This document shows, one piece after another, positions 33,538-43,103 of a stretch of 64,000 nucleotides of DNA. Numbering within the stretch: the stretch's first letter is position 1; the number at the start of each line of letters is the position of its first letter. Made by a program: the position numbers and the translations under genes. Source of the DNA: Micrococcales bacterium UBA7472 (GTDB taxonomy: Bacteria; Actinomycetota; Actinomycetes; Actinomycetales; Microbacteriaceae); NCBI GenBank assembly GCA_002478545.1, contig DLOY01000084.1, forward strand, positions 54,492 to 118,491, in the 5' to 3' direction. Under the pieces are notes generated by a model. It made no database searches and had not been told where the DNA came from. It was given only the letters and a program-made list of their open reading frames with translations.

Positions 33538-33885
33538 TTACCTCCGCTTTCCAAGGGTCTTCACGACACCCTGCACTACACCAAACAGCTTAGCCAGCGG
33601 GGCGCCAAGTGAAGCTGTAAATACCGCGACCAAGGAGCTAATGTTCTCGGTCACCTGCTCAACGTCTTCGGTGATTTGGTCAATTCGCTTTAGCTGCTTG
33701 TTTGCTTCTGTCAGCGTCACGCGCGCTTCCGCAAGCATTGGTTCGAGTTCTTGGTTGAAGGTGCTTACAGTTCTAGCGGTTTCATCAACCAGCTTCGCAA
33801 CCTTTATCAGCACGAAGCCAATAAACAAAATGAGCAGGGCGAAACTGCTGGCAAAGATAATGCCGGCAATTTCGCCACCGCTCAT
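33538..33885 (-). CDS. DUF948 (YtxG-like) protein
   Basis: MSGGEIAG N-terminal TM followed by heptad coiled coil (ANKQLKRIDQIT); between rpsD and alaS. Confidence 0.85.
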   Translation of the reverse strand: MSGGEIAGIIFASSFALLILFIGFVLIKVAKLVDETARTVSTFNQELEPMLAEARVTLTEANKQLKRIDQITEDVEQVTENISSLVAVFTASLGAPLAKLFGVVQGVVKTLGKRR

Positions 33886-33891
33886 AAGGTC

Positions 33892-34521
33892 TTACCTCGC
33901 TGCGTAGTACTCAACAACCAGCTGAACTTCACAGGTCACTGGAACTTCGGCGCGCTTAGGGCGACGAACCAGGGTTGCCTGCAGCTTGTCCAGCTGAACG
34001 CTTAGGTACTCAGGGGTGGTTGCTAGCACATCAGCGTTTCCGCCAGCTGCTGCAACCTGGAAAGGCTCGGTCTTCTCGCTCTTGGCGTGGACGTGAATCA
34101 TCTGTCCAGGCTTCACGCGGAAGGATGGACGGTCAATTCGCTGACCATCGACCAAGATGTGGCGGTGTACGACCATCTGGCGAGCCTGAGCCATGGTGCG
34201 AGCGAAACCGGAGCGCAGCACGAGAGCGTCAAGGCGCATCTCTAGCAGCTCTACTAGGTTCTCACCGGTTAGACCTTCAGTGCGCTTGGCTTCCTGGAAG
34301 GTCTTGCGAAGCTGAGCCTCGCGAATTCCATACTGTGCGCGCAGGCGCTGCTTCTCACGCAGACGAACTGCGTAGTCAGAGTCGGACTTGCGCTTGGTGC
34401 GGCCGTGCTGACCAGGTGCGTATGGACGCTTCTCCATGTACTTTGCAGCCTTTGGAGTTAGCGCGATTCCGAGTGAACGCGACAAACGGGTCTTGCTACG
34501 GGTTCTAGTTGTCTTTGACAA
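33892..34521 (-). CDS. rpsD: 30S ribosomal protein S4
   Basis: RPYAPGQHG, SDYAVRLREKQ, LEMRLD, ARQMVVHRH, VVEYYAAR. Confidence 0.98.
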   Translation of the reverse strand: MSKTTRTRSKTRLSRSLGIALTPKAAKYMEKRPYAPGQHGRTKRKSDSDYAVRLREKQRLRAQYGIREAQLRKTFQEAKRTEGLTGENLVELLEMRLDALVLRSGFARTMAQARQMVVHRHILVDGQRIDRPSFRVKPGQMIHVHAKSEKTEPFQVAAAGGNADVLATTPEYLSVQLDKLQATLVRRPKRAEVPVTCEVQLVVEYYAAR

Positions 34522-34597
34522 AAAGGTACCTTTCGAATTTTGGTATTGGGACTTGTTCCTCTCCCAGCCGCTGGATCAGAACAACTTGCAAAGCTTA
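34522..34597 (-). promoter_or_regulatory. rpsD promoter (-10 TAAGCT) and structured 5' leader
   Basis: TAAGCT at 34597-34592; hairpin UUGUUC..CCAG-CGG-CUGG..GAACAA at 34584-34553; SD inside palindrome AAAGGTACCTTT at 34522-34533. Confidence 0.55.
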
Positions 34598-34619
34598 CCA
34601 GTCGAGCTAAAAGCTGTCA

Positions 34620-35846
34620 CTACTTGCCAAGAATTTCGTCAATTTGCCTGACGCGCTCAGCGAGCGTCTTTTCAAAACCGTGGTTCGAAGGCTCGTAGTA
34701 GCGCTTCTCCAGCTCTGCGTAAGTCTGCTTCAGCACTCCCCTGGCATCGTCGTGCGGATACTGATACCCAACCGCTCCGGTGGACCTGAGCGGCGCGGGA
34801 ATGGGCTTCAGCGAGTTGGTTTCCAAATCTTGCAGCGCATTATTAATTGCCAGGTATGCGCGATTGGACTTTGGTGCCAGGGCGAGGTAAACGGTTGCCT
34901 CAGCGAGCGGGATTCTGCCTTCCGGCATACCGATCAGCTCCACGGTTTGAGCGGCTGCCACCGCCATTGAAAGTGCCCCCGGGTCAGCCAGTCCAATATC
35001 CTCGCTTGCCAGAATCATCAGTCTTCGGGCGATGAACCTGGGGTCCTCTCCCCCTTTAATCATGCGCGCAAGATAGTAGATGGCGGCATCGGCATCCGAA
35101 CCTCGAACGGACTTTATAAACGCACTTATGGTGTCGTAGTGCATTTCACCTTGAGAGTCGTAAGCGATTTGATTCGCGCTTGCCCGCTTGGCATTTTCAA
35201 GTGTGATTGCTCCAACACTCGCGGTTGCCTCGAGAAGCGTCAAGGCTCGGCGCGCATCTCCGGAGGCGATTTCAGCGATGTAGTCAAGAGCATCTGAGTC
35301 AGCTGATAGTCCTGATAAACCTCGTTCGTCCTTGAGGGCTCTTTCCAGCAATCTAAGTAGTTGTTCTTTGCCGAGTGGGTCAAGCTGGAATACAAGGGAT
35401 CTCGATATCAGCGGCCTTATGACTGAGAACGATGGATTCTCGGTGGTGGCTGCCACCAAAGTGATGACCCCGCTTTCAACTGCGCCAAGCAAGGAATCCT
35501 GCTGAGCTTTGGAAAAGCGGTGGATTTCGTCGAGGAAAAGAATTGTGGGGCGATCAAAAACTTCGCGTTGTCGCTTGGCAGCGTCAATCACTTCTCGAAC
35601 CTGGCTTACTCCGGCACTGACAGCGCTGAGTTCTACAAATTCCGCAGCCTTGCTCTCCACCAGTAGTCTCGCGATGGTGGTCTTACCGCTGCCTGGAGGT
35701 CCCCAGAGAATGATGGAGTTCCAGGCACCTCCCTGCTCGGCTTCAATGAGCCTTCTGATTGGAGAACCTTCGGCCAGCAGCCGGTTGTGACCAAGTACCT
35801 CTTCAAGGCTTTTTGGTCGCATTCGGATTGCTAGCGGTTTGTCCAC
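34620..35846 (-). CDS. rarA: Replication-associated recombination protein A
   Basis: PLA.RMRP, WGPPGSGKTT, DEIHRF, ATTENPSF, SAFIKSVRGSD, ASEDIGLAD. Confidence 0.96.
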   Translation of the reverse strand: MDKPLAIRMRPKSLEEVLGHNRLLAEGSPIRRLIEAEQGGAWNSIILWGPPGSGKTTIARLLVESKAAEFVELSAVSAGVSQVREVIDAAKRQREVFDRPTILFLDEIHRFSKAQQDSLLGAVESGVITLVAATTENPSFSVIRPLISRSLVFQLDPLGKEQLLRLLERALKDERGLSGLSADSDALDYIAEIASGDARRALTLLEATASVGAITLENAKRASANQIAYDSQGEMHYDTISAFIKSVRGSDADAAIYYLARMIKGGEDPRFIARRLMILASEDIGLADPGALSMAVAAAQTVELIGMPEGRIPLAEATVYLALAPKSNRAYLAINNALQDLETNSLKPIPAPLRSTGAVGYQYPHDDARGVLKQTYAELEKRYYEPSNHGFEKTLAERVRQIDEILGK

Positions 35847-35852
35847 AAACAG

Positions 35853-35873
35853 ATTGTAGGCAACGCCTAGAAT
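35853..35873. promoter_or_regulatory. Back-to-back divergent -10 boxes for rarA and the PPIase gene
   Basis: Minus TACAAT (35858-35853) lies 6 nt before the rarA GTG; plus TAGAAT (35868-35873) precedes the PPIase leader and SD GAGG. Confidence 0.6.
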
Positions 35874-35902
35874 TGCCAGTCGTCACTCACTGTGAGGTTT
35901 TC

Positions 35903-36655
35903 ATGAAAAACAACGAAAAGCTAGCCGCGTTCCAAGCAAAACAGGAGCTCGTGAAGCGTCGCTCCGAAAACGCACCTAAGGACAACCGACTCGCTCTAAT
36001 TTCCGCTGCGGCCGCCTTGGTAATCGCTTTTGCGGGGCAGCTGGTCTACTTCAACTTTGGACCCGGCTACGTGCCAACCGTGAATGATCTTGTTGAGGGC
36101 GAGACTTCGACTCAGTCTGACACCGCCTCCCTAGCTCCAGATCCTGCGCTAGCTGAGAACCGAGTCTGGAACGGTGCCCTTTCGCTAAATGGTGAGGAGG
36201 TCAAATTCGAACTTGCGGGTGACCTTGCCCCTCAGGCAGTTGCGAACTTCGTGACCTTGGCCAAAGACGGTTTCTATGAAGACGTGAGCTGTCACCGTTT
36301 GACCACTGCGGGTATTTATGTTTTGCAGTGTGGCGACCCTTCTGGAGATGGCACCGGCGGTCCGGGTTATAGCTTCGGCCCGATCGAAAACGCACCAGCC
36401 GATGACACCTACGCCGAGGGCGTTATCGCCATGGCCCGCAAGGGCAGTGACGGTTCGTCTATGGGTTCTCAATTCTTCATCGTCTATGACGAGTCCATGA
36501 TTCCCTCCGACATAGCCGGTGGCTACACCATCATGGGTAAGGTGACCTCGGGCCTTGATGCAGTCAAGGCAATTGCTGCCAAGGGCACGTCCGATGGTTC
36601 AAGTGATGGAAGTCCAGCCGAGCCGGTTTTGATGAGCGGTATTTCGGTAGAGTAA
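35903..36655 (+). CDS. Membrane-anchored cyclophilin-type peptidyl-prolyl isomerase
   Basis: AP.AV.NF, CHRL, LQCGDP.G.G.GGPGY, AMA, GSQFFIV; N-terminal TM; start ATG 35903. Confidence 0.92.
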   Translation: MKNNEKLAAFQAKQELVKRRSENAPKDNRLALISAAAALVIAFAGQLVYFNFGPGYVPTVNDLVEGETSTQSDTASLAPDPALAENRVWNGALSLNGEEVKFELAGDLAPQAVANFVTLAKDGFYEDVSCHRLTTAGIYVLQCGDPSGDGTGGPGYSFGPIENAPADDTYAEGVIAMARKGSDGSSMGSQFFIVYDESMIPSDIAGGYTIMGKVTSGLDAVKAIAAKGTSDGSSDGSPAEPVLMSGISVE

Positions 36656-36680
36656 AACCTCAATCCCAAGGAGAAACAGA

Positions 36681-37895
36681 TTGTCTAGCAACGAGTTTGG
36701 TCGCGTCGACGCAGAGAACAATGTTTTTGTAATCGACGCTGGCGTTGAGCGTCAGGTTGGTCAGTATCCGAATGTTTCTCCCGAAGAAGCGCTTGGCTAC
36801 TTCGTGCGCAAGTTTGAAGACCTGGAGGCACAGCTGCGCATCCTTGAGCAGCGCATTGCATCCGGTGTTACCGACGCCAAGAGCCTCAAGACGGCGCATG
36901 ACCACATCGCTGCAGAGCTGGTTGAGCCAAAGGCAGTAGGTAACCTTCAGAATTTGCGTGATCGTCTAGCCAAGCTGGCTCCGACCATCGACCAAGCCGC
37001 GGAGAAGCTCAAGGCCGAGCGCGAAGGCGCCATTGCCGAGGCCATGGCCAAGAAGGAAGAGATTGCGGCTAAGGCCGAGCAGATTGTTTCCAACCTGCAG
37101 TCCATCAACTGGAAGAAGTCCGCTCAAGAGATGACTGAGCTCTTCACCGCTTGGCAGGAGTTGCAAAAGACTGGACCTAAAGTCGCCAAGAACCTAACCG
37201 ATCCAATCTGGAAGCGTTTCTCTCAGGCAAGGGCCAAGTTTGAAACCGGCCGTCGTCAGTACTTTGCAACACTGGACTCAAAGTTCAAAGAGGCAAAGAG
37301 TGCGAAGAGCAAGTTGGTTGAGCAGGCCGAGGCGCTAGTGGCCAAGGGTGGCGATGCTTCTAACGAGTATCGCAAGCTGCAAGATGCTTGGAAGGCCGCA
37401 CCAAAGGCTGGCAAGGTTGAGGATGCCCTCTGGGCACGTTTCCGGGCAGCCGGCGATGCAATCTTCAGCGACAAGAAGGCTAAGGACGCCGAACTAGCGG
37501 TCTCTCAGAAGGAAAACTTGCAGGCAAAGCTGGCCCTTCTAGCCGAGGCCGAGAAGATTGATGTGAAGGACCTAGCCAAGGCGAAATCTGCTCTCTCCGA
37601 CATTCAAGCTCGCTGGGTCAAGATCGGCCACGTGCCACGCGACCAGGTGAAGTCGATTGAAGAGCGACTTCGCAAGGTCGAGAAGTCCATTTCCGAGGCG
37701 CAAGCTGACGAGTGGCGTCGATCCGATCCAGCTGCCAAGGCTCGATCGAATTCTCTGGTTACGCAGCTTGAGGCAGTCATCGCAGAGCTAGAAGCCGACC
37801 TGGCTAAGGCTCCAGCGGCCAAGAAGAAGGATCTGCAGGCTCAGATTGACGCTCGAAAGGCTTGGCTAGAGGCTGCTCAGAAGGCTGTTGACTAA
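36681..37895 (+). CDS. DUF349 domain coiled-coil protein
   Basis: FGRVD....V, R.VGQYP, repeated W.RF..A motifs, W.KIG.VPR; SD AAGGAG. Confidence 0.9.
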   Translation: MSSNEFGRVDAENNVFVIDAGVERQVGQYPNVSPEEALGYFVRKFEDLEAQLRILEQRIASGVTDAKSLKTAHDHIAAELVEPKAVGNLQNLRDRLAKLAPTIDQAAEKLKAEREGAIAEAMAKKEEIAAKAEQIVSNLQSINWKKSAQEMTELFTAWQELQKTGPKVAKNLTDPIWKRFSQARAKFETGRRQYFATLDSKFKEAKSAKSKLVEQAEALVAKGGDASNEYRKLQDAWKAAPKAGKVEDALWARFRAAGDAIFSDKKAKDAELAVSQKENLQAKLALLAEAEKIDVKDLAKAKSALSDIQARWVKIGHVPRDQVKSIEERLRKVEKSISEAQADEWRRSDPAAKARSNSLVTQLEAVIAELEADLAKAPAAKKKDLQAQIDARKAWLEAAQKAVD

Positions 37896-37900
37896 GTCCC

Positions 37901-40123
37901 TTAGTTACTCTTCACGCGATAAACGTCGTAAACCGCTTCGATTCGTCGCACCTGATTTAGCAGGTGGTCGAGGTGAGACGGATCTCCCATCTCAAATACG
38001 TATCTGCTGAGCGCCACTCGATCCCTAGAAGTTGAGACCGAGGCGCTAAGGATGTTCACGTGATTCTCCGATAGCACTCGGGTGATATCAGATAGCAATC
38101 CTGATCGGTCCAAGGCCTCGACCTGGATCTGAACCATGAAGACACCTCTGGAGTTCTCCGACCAACTCACGTCAACGACTCTGTCCTTATTCAAAGATCC
38201 AACGTTCTTGCAGTCGGTTCTGTGAATGGACACCCCATCACCACGGGTAATAAACCCGGTGATTTCATCTCCAGGAACTGGGGTGCAGCAGCGGGCCATC
38301 TTGGTCAGCACATCTGGTGACCCCTTCACCAAAACGCCTTGATTGGGGTTCCTTGGCCCACGTAGCGACTTTGGGGCTTGAATCGGGATCTCTTCGGTAT
38401 CCGGATCAGGGTTCAGGCCCTGGATTACCTTGATGCGCTCGATCACGCTGGTAACTGAGATCTGGCCCTGTCCCAGTGCTGTGAATAGCGCATTCGAGTC
38501 GGCGAGCTTGTGCTCAGTGGCAATCTTCGAGATGACATCTGAGTTCAAGATCTGCTGCAGCGGTAGACCCTGTTTGCGAAGCGCTTTGGTGAGAGCCTCC
38601 TTGCCCTCCTCGCTTGCCAATTCCCGTCGCTCCACGGTGAAGTAGTGCTTGATTTTTGCTCTGGCACGGGGTGAACCAACAAAGTTCAGCCAGTCCTTGC
38701 TTGGGCCCGCACTCTCAGACTTTGAGGTCAGAATCTCAACCACATCGCCAGCTTGGAGCTTGCTTTCAAGCGGCACCAATCGGCCATTAACCTTTGCACC
38801 AATGGTCTTATGACCAACCTCGGTATGGACCGCATAGGCGAAGTCAACCGGCGTAGAGCCCGATGAAAGACCGACTACCTTGCCCTTAGGAGTGAAGACA
38901 TAGAGCTCTTTTGCTCCGATTTCAAAACGAAGATTGTCTAAGAACTCGGTTGGGTCTGAGGTTTCCTCTTGCCAGTCGCTTAGCTGCTTGAGCCACGCCA
39001 GGTCGACTTCCTGCTCTGCTTTACCAGCACCCTGTTTGTATTTCCAGTGGGCAGCAACACCGTACTCAGCACGCTGGTGCATATCCTGGGTTCGAATCTG
39101 GATCTCTACGGCTCGACCCTCAGGACCAACCACGGTGGTGTGCAATGACTGGTAGAGATTCAGCTTGGGCATCGCAATGTAATCCTTGAAACGGCCCGGC
39201 AGCGGTGACCATTTTGCGTGGATGGCACCGAGTGCGGCGTAGCAGTCCCTGACGCTGGAAACAATTACTCGGATACCAACCAGGTCGTAGATGTCATCGA
39301 ATTCGCGACCGCGCAAAACCATCTTTTGATAAATCGAGTAGTACTGCTTTGGGCGACCATCGATCTTTGCCTTGACGCGGTTTTCGCGTAGCTCCTCGTC
39401 AATTTCCTCAATGACTCGTTCTGTGAACTCTTGGCGCGAGGGATTGCGCTGACCGACGAGGTTCACTATTTCTTCGTAAACCTTGGGATAGAGAACCGCG
39501 AAACTGATGTCCTCTAGCTCGGTCTTGATGGTGCTGATACCGAGGCGGTGCGCCAGCGGCGCGTAAATCTCTATGGTTTCCTGAGCTTTCCGACGAGCAG
39601 ACTCGGGAGCAACGAAACCCCAGGTCCGAGCGTTATGCAGGCGGTCGGCTAGCTTGATAACCAAAACCCGAATGTCCTTGGACATCGCTACGACCATTTT
39701 GCGCATGGTCTCAGCTTGAGCCGAATCTCCAAAGCTCATCTTGTCGAGCTTTGTTACTCCGTCAACCAGGAGTGCTACTTCTTCACCAAATTCGGCTTTC
39801 ACCTGCTCAATCGAGTAGGAGGTGTCCTCCACAGTGTCATGTAGCAGTGCTGCCGCAATGGTTGCCGGACCGGACCCCAAGTCGGCCAGGATCCTTGCGA
39901 CCGCGAGCGGATGAGTGATGTAATCCTCACCACTTTTTCGCTTCTGTCCCGAGTGGTGAAACTCGGCTGTCTTGTAGGCCTTTTGGATGAAGGCGGCGTC
40001 TGCCTTGGGATGATTGGTTCTGACGATGCGAATTAGATCGGCGAGGTCTTGCGAATAGGCGGTCGATGATCGGGTAAAGATCCTCGGCAGCCTAGATCTC
40101 AGTGAGGATGCAATATCGCTCAT
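37901..40123 (-). CDS. relA: Bifunctional (p)ppGpp synthetase/hydrolase Rel
   Basis: H.GQ.RKSGE.YITHP, LLHDTVED, KLADRLHN, RFKDYIA.PK, EIQIRT; TGS and ACT domains. Confidence 0.98.
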   Translation of the reverse strand: MSDIASSLRSRLPRIFTRSSTAYSQDLADLIRIVRTNHPKADAAFIQKAYKTAEFHHSGQKRKSGEDYITHPLAVARILADLGSGPATIAAALLHDTVEDTSYSIEQVKAEFGEEVALLVDGVTKLDKMSFGDSAQAETMRKMVVAMSKDIRVLVIKLADRLHNARTWGFVAPESARRKAQETIEIYAPLAHRLGISTIKTELEDISFAVLYPKVYEEIVNLVGQRNPSRQEFTERVIEEIDEELRENRVKAKIDGRPKQYYSIYQKMVLRGREFDDIYDLVGIRVIVSSVRDCYAALGAIHAKWSPLPGRFKDYIAMPKLNLYQSLHTTVVGPEGRAVEIQIRTQDMHQRAEYGVAAHWKYKQGAGKAEQEVDLAWLKQLSDWQEETSDPTEFLDNLRFEIGAKELYVFTPKGKVVGLSSGSTPVDFAYAVHTEVGHKTIGAKVNGRLVPLESKLQAGDVVEILTSKSESAGPSKDWLNFVGSPRARAKIKHYFTVERRELASEEGKEALTKALRKQGLPLQQILNSDVISKIATEHKLADSNALFTALGQGQISVTSVIERIKVIQGLNPDPDTEEIPIQAPKSLRGPRNPNQGVLVKGSPDVLTKMARCCTPVPGDEITGFITRGDGVSIHRTDCKNVGSLNKDRVVDVSWSENSRGVFMVQIQVEALDRSGLLSDITRVLSENHVNILSASVSTSRDRVALSRYVFEMGDPSHLDHLLNQVRRIEAVYDVYRVKSN

Positions 40124-40150
40124 GAGACCTCCTATTGCTTAGGAAGAATC

Positions 40151-41125
40151 TTACGCGCGTGCCGCTAGCACCTTGTCGGCTGCTGCCTTCAAGGCTGGTT
40201 CGCGTTCACGAAGGTGAACATAAACCGGAGCTGCTAGGAAGATTGAGGAGTAGGTACCCACAATCGTTCCAACAAACAGCGCAAGTGCGATGTCTCGCAG
40301 AGTTCCTGCGCCAAGTAGCACCGAACCAATGAAAAGAATCGATGCGACTGGTAGAACCGCAACAATAGACGTGTTGATCGAGCGAACTAGGGTCTGGTTC
40401 ACTGCCAGGTTAACCATCTCCCCGAAGGTTCGGGTCTCAGAGAACTCAATCTCAAGGGTGTTTTCACGAACCTTGTCAAAGACCACCACGGTGTCATAGA
40501 GCGAGTAGCTCAGGATGGTTAGGAATCCAATAACGGCAGCTGGGGTGACCTCAAAGCCAACCGCTCCGTAGATTCCGATGGTGATGATGAGGTCGTGGGC
40601 CAAAGCAAGCAGTGCTGCGGCAGACATCTTCCAGGAGCGGAAGTAAAGGGCCATCAGGATTGAGACAATCAGTAAGAACGCAACCAGACCAATTAGAGCC
40701 TGGCGAGTTACATCCGCACCCCAGTTTGGACCAATGAAGCTAGAGGCGACCTCTTCAGAAGGAACCGAGTATGCTTCGGCCAGATTTAGTCGAGCTTCCT
40801 CTGATTCAACGTCTGCAAGCTGCTCGGTCTGGATACGCAGGTCATTTGCTCCAACTTCGGTAACAACGACCTGGACTCCAGGAACAACCTCTTGAATTGC
40901 CTCAACTGCGAGGCTCTGTGGGAGCTCTTGGGTGTTGGTTAGGCGAAACTCAGAGCCACCGCGGAACTCAATACCGAAATTGAATCCTCCGCGAGCTGCA
41001 GGCAGGGCAACCGACAGAACGACTACTACAAGCGCTACCGCGTACCAGAGCTTGCGACGGCCAACGAAGTCAATGGAACGCTCACCAGAGTAAAGCTGGT
41101 TTCCAAGCTCTTTGAACTTACTCAT
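40151..41125 (-). CDS. secF: Protein translocase subunit SecF
   Basis: FGIEFRGG, HD, YSLYDTVVVFDKVRE, QTLVRSINT, GTYSSIF. Confidence 0.97.
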   Translation of the reverse strand: MSKFKELGNQLYSGERSIDFVGRRKLWYAVALVVVVLSVALPAARGGFNFGIEFRGGSEFRLTNTQELPQSLAVEAIQEVVPGVQVVVTEVGANDLRIQTEQLADVESEEARLNLAEAYSVPSEEVASSFIGPNWGADVTRQALIGLVAFLLIVSILMALYFRSWKMSAAALLALAHDLIITIGIYGAVGFEVTPAAVIGFLTILSYSLYDTVVVFDKVRENTLEIEFSETRTFGEMVNLAVNQTLVRSINTSIVAVLPVASILFIGSVLLGAGTLRDIALALFVGTIVGTYSSIFLAAPVYVHLREREPALKAAADKVLAARA

Positions 41126-42794
41126 CACTGCCCTTTGCTGCCGCTGCTTTGCGCTCGGCGATCGTCTGACGCTTCTGTGCTTCCTTTGAAGCCTTTAGGA
41201 CCTTACCCTCGGCAACACCGGTTGCAACTCGGAACTCTCCCCTACCTCTGTATGAGGCCTTAGCCGCGCTGAGGTCGAAGCCTGACCATTTGTGACCAGA
41301 AGCAAAGAACTTGTTGCGAGCCAACAGTTGAACCATTGGGTGGGTAAACAGAGCTACGACCAATAGGTCGATAAGTGTTGTCAGACCCAAGGTGAATGCG
41401 AATCCTCGAACCGAGCTACTGGTGAGTAGGTAAAGAGTCACAGCTGCGGTGAAGCTTACGGCGTCAGAGACCAGGATGGTTCTGAAGGCGCGCTTCCAAC
41501 CAGCTTCAACTGCGACCTCGAGAGACTTGCCATCGCGAAGCTCATCCCGAATACGTTCGAAGTAGACAATGAACGAGTCCGCTGTGATACCCACGGACAC
41601 AATCAAACCGGCAACACCCGCTAGCGATAGACGGTAACCCTGGCGCCAAGACAAGAAGGCGATTGCCAGGTAAACCAGCAGAGCAACCACAATCAATGAG
41701 CCTAGAACTACGCTGGCTAGGCCGCGGTAGGTGAAGGTCATGTAGATGACCACAATGATCAGACCAATCAGACCAGCGATCAAACCGGCACGGAGTGATT
41801 CGTCACCCAAGGTTGCGGAAATGTTCTCCTGAGACTGAACTTCGAATCCAATAGGCAATGCACCGTACTTCAGCTGGTCGGCCAAAACGGTTGCGGTCTC
41901 CTGGGTGAAGTTTCCGGTGATCTGTGCACGGCCGTTGGTGATTACTGCGTTAGTCGATGGTGCGGTGATAACAACGCCATCGAGAGTGATTGCAAACTGG
42001 TTTTGCGGTGAAGCAAGACCGAACAGTCGAGAGGTTACGGAGCCGAAAGCCTCGGTACCAGCAGCGTCAAACTCGAGATTTACGGCCCAGTCGTTGGTTG
42101 AAGCACCGGTGGTTGTAGTGATAGTTCCGGCGTACGCATCTGAAATGTTTAGACCCTGGACCTCAACCGGACCGAGGATGTATTTGTAAATCAGGGTCTC
42201 GTCACAGGTGACTAGTGGCTTGGCTGGGTCGTCAACCTGACCAGCTTCACGGAAAGCCTTCGTGCAGTCGAGGTTTTCAAACTGCGCCTTGACGCGGTCG
42301 GTCACCCAAGCTGCATCCGAAGCATTTACCGGTTCGGTGGCTGGGGTATCGCTCAGCGATTCGTAGTCGACAGCCGCACTTTCGGTAACAGGGGTGTTGG
42401 CAGCCAATGTAATCACGGGGCGGAACTCAAGTAGTGCGCTGGCCTTGATGAGCTGCAGAGTGGTTTCGCTTGGAGTACCAGGAATTGCAACGACGATGTT
42501 CTGCTCACCCTGCACGGTGACGGTGGCCTCGGCAACACCCGATCCATCGACACGCTGGCGAATAATTGTGGCGGCCTGGTTTAGCTGCTCCAAGGTAGCT
42601 GAACTGCCATCGGAAATTGTCGGGGTCAAGATGATCTGGGTTCCACCTTGGAGGTCTAGCGCTAGCTCAGGGGTGAGTGATGCACCAACCTGGCCGCTAG
42701 CGCTGCCCCAAATCAGCAAACCTGCAAAAAAGGCTGCGATTCCGGCAACCCAAGTCAGCTTTCTTTTTGCTGACTGTTCCGTGCTTCTTTCCAA
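41118..42794 (-). CDS. secD: Protein translocase subunit SecD
   Basis: LALDLQGG, RQRVD..GVAE, LKYGALP, GITADSFIVYFERIRDE. Confidence 0.97.
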   Translation of the reverse strand: MERSTEQSAKRKLTWVAGIAAFFAGLLIWGSASGQVGASLTPELALDLQGGTQIILTPTISDGSSATLEQLNQAATIIRQRVDGSGVAEATVTVQGEQNIVVAIPGTPSETTLQLIKASALLEFRPVITLAANTPVTESAAVDYESLSDTPATEPVNASDAAWVTDRVKAQFENLDCTKAFREAGQVDDPAKPLVTCDETLIYKYILGPVEVQGLNISDAYAGTITTTTGASTNDWAVNLEFDAAGTEAFGSVTSRLFGLASPQNQFAITLDGVVITAPSTNAVITNGRAQITGNFTQETATVLADQLKYGALPIGFEVQSQENISATLGDESLRAGLIAGLIGLIIVVIYMTFTYRGLASVVLGSLIVVALLVYLAIAFLSWRQGYRLSLAGVAGLIVSVGITADSFIVYFERIRDELRDGKSLEVAVEAGWKRAFRTILVSDAVSFTAAVTLYLLTSSSVRGFAFTLGLTTLIDLLVVALFTHPMVQLLARNKFFASGHKWSGFDLSAAKASYRGRGEFRVATGVAEGKVLKASKEAQKRQTIAERKAAAAKGSDE

Positions 42795-42796
42795 AA

Positions 42797-43054
42797 CTAG
42801 TTCCCCTCAGTTGCGGTTTCGACTGAGCGAACCGCTTGCTTCACTACGGTGAGCTTTACTCCCGGGGTGGTCTCCACCACGAGGTCATCTCCCTCGATAG
42901 CAACGATGTTGCCTTTGATGCCAGAGTGCAGCATTACCTTGGCACCTTCGGTAAGGCTTGAAAGCAGTTTCTCAGACTCCTTGCGACGCTTACGGTTCTG
43001 GCTAACCAGAAGCAAAATCATCGCAGCGAGCACGCCAAGCAGAATGTAATCCAA
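42797..43054 (-). CDS. yajC: Preprotein translocase subunit YajC
   Basis: N-terminal TM, basic stretch, L..G.KV...SGI.G; upstream of secD; TATAAT at 43089-43084 and SD AAGGA. Confidence 0.9.
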   Translation of the reverse strand: MDYILLGVLAAMILLLVSQNRKRRKESEKLLSSLTEGAKVMLHSGIKGNIVAIEGDDLVVETTPGVKLTVVKQAVRSVETATEGN

Positions 43055-43103
43055 AAGCTTTCCTTACCGACAGATACCCCGAAATTATAGGTGAGAAAGC
43101 CAA

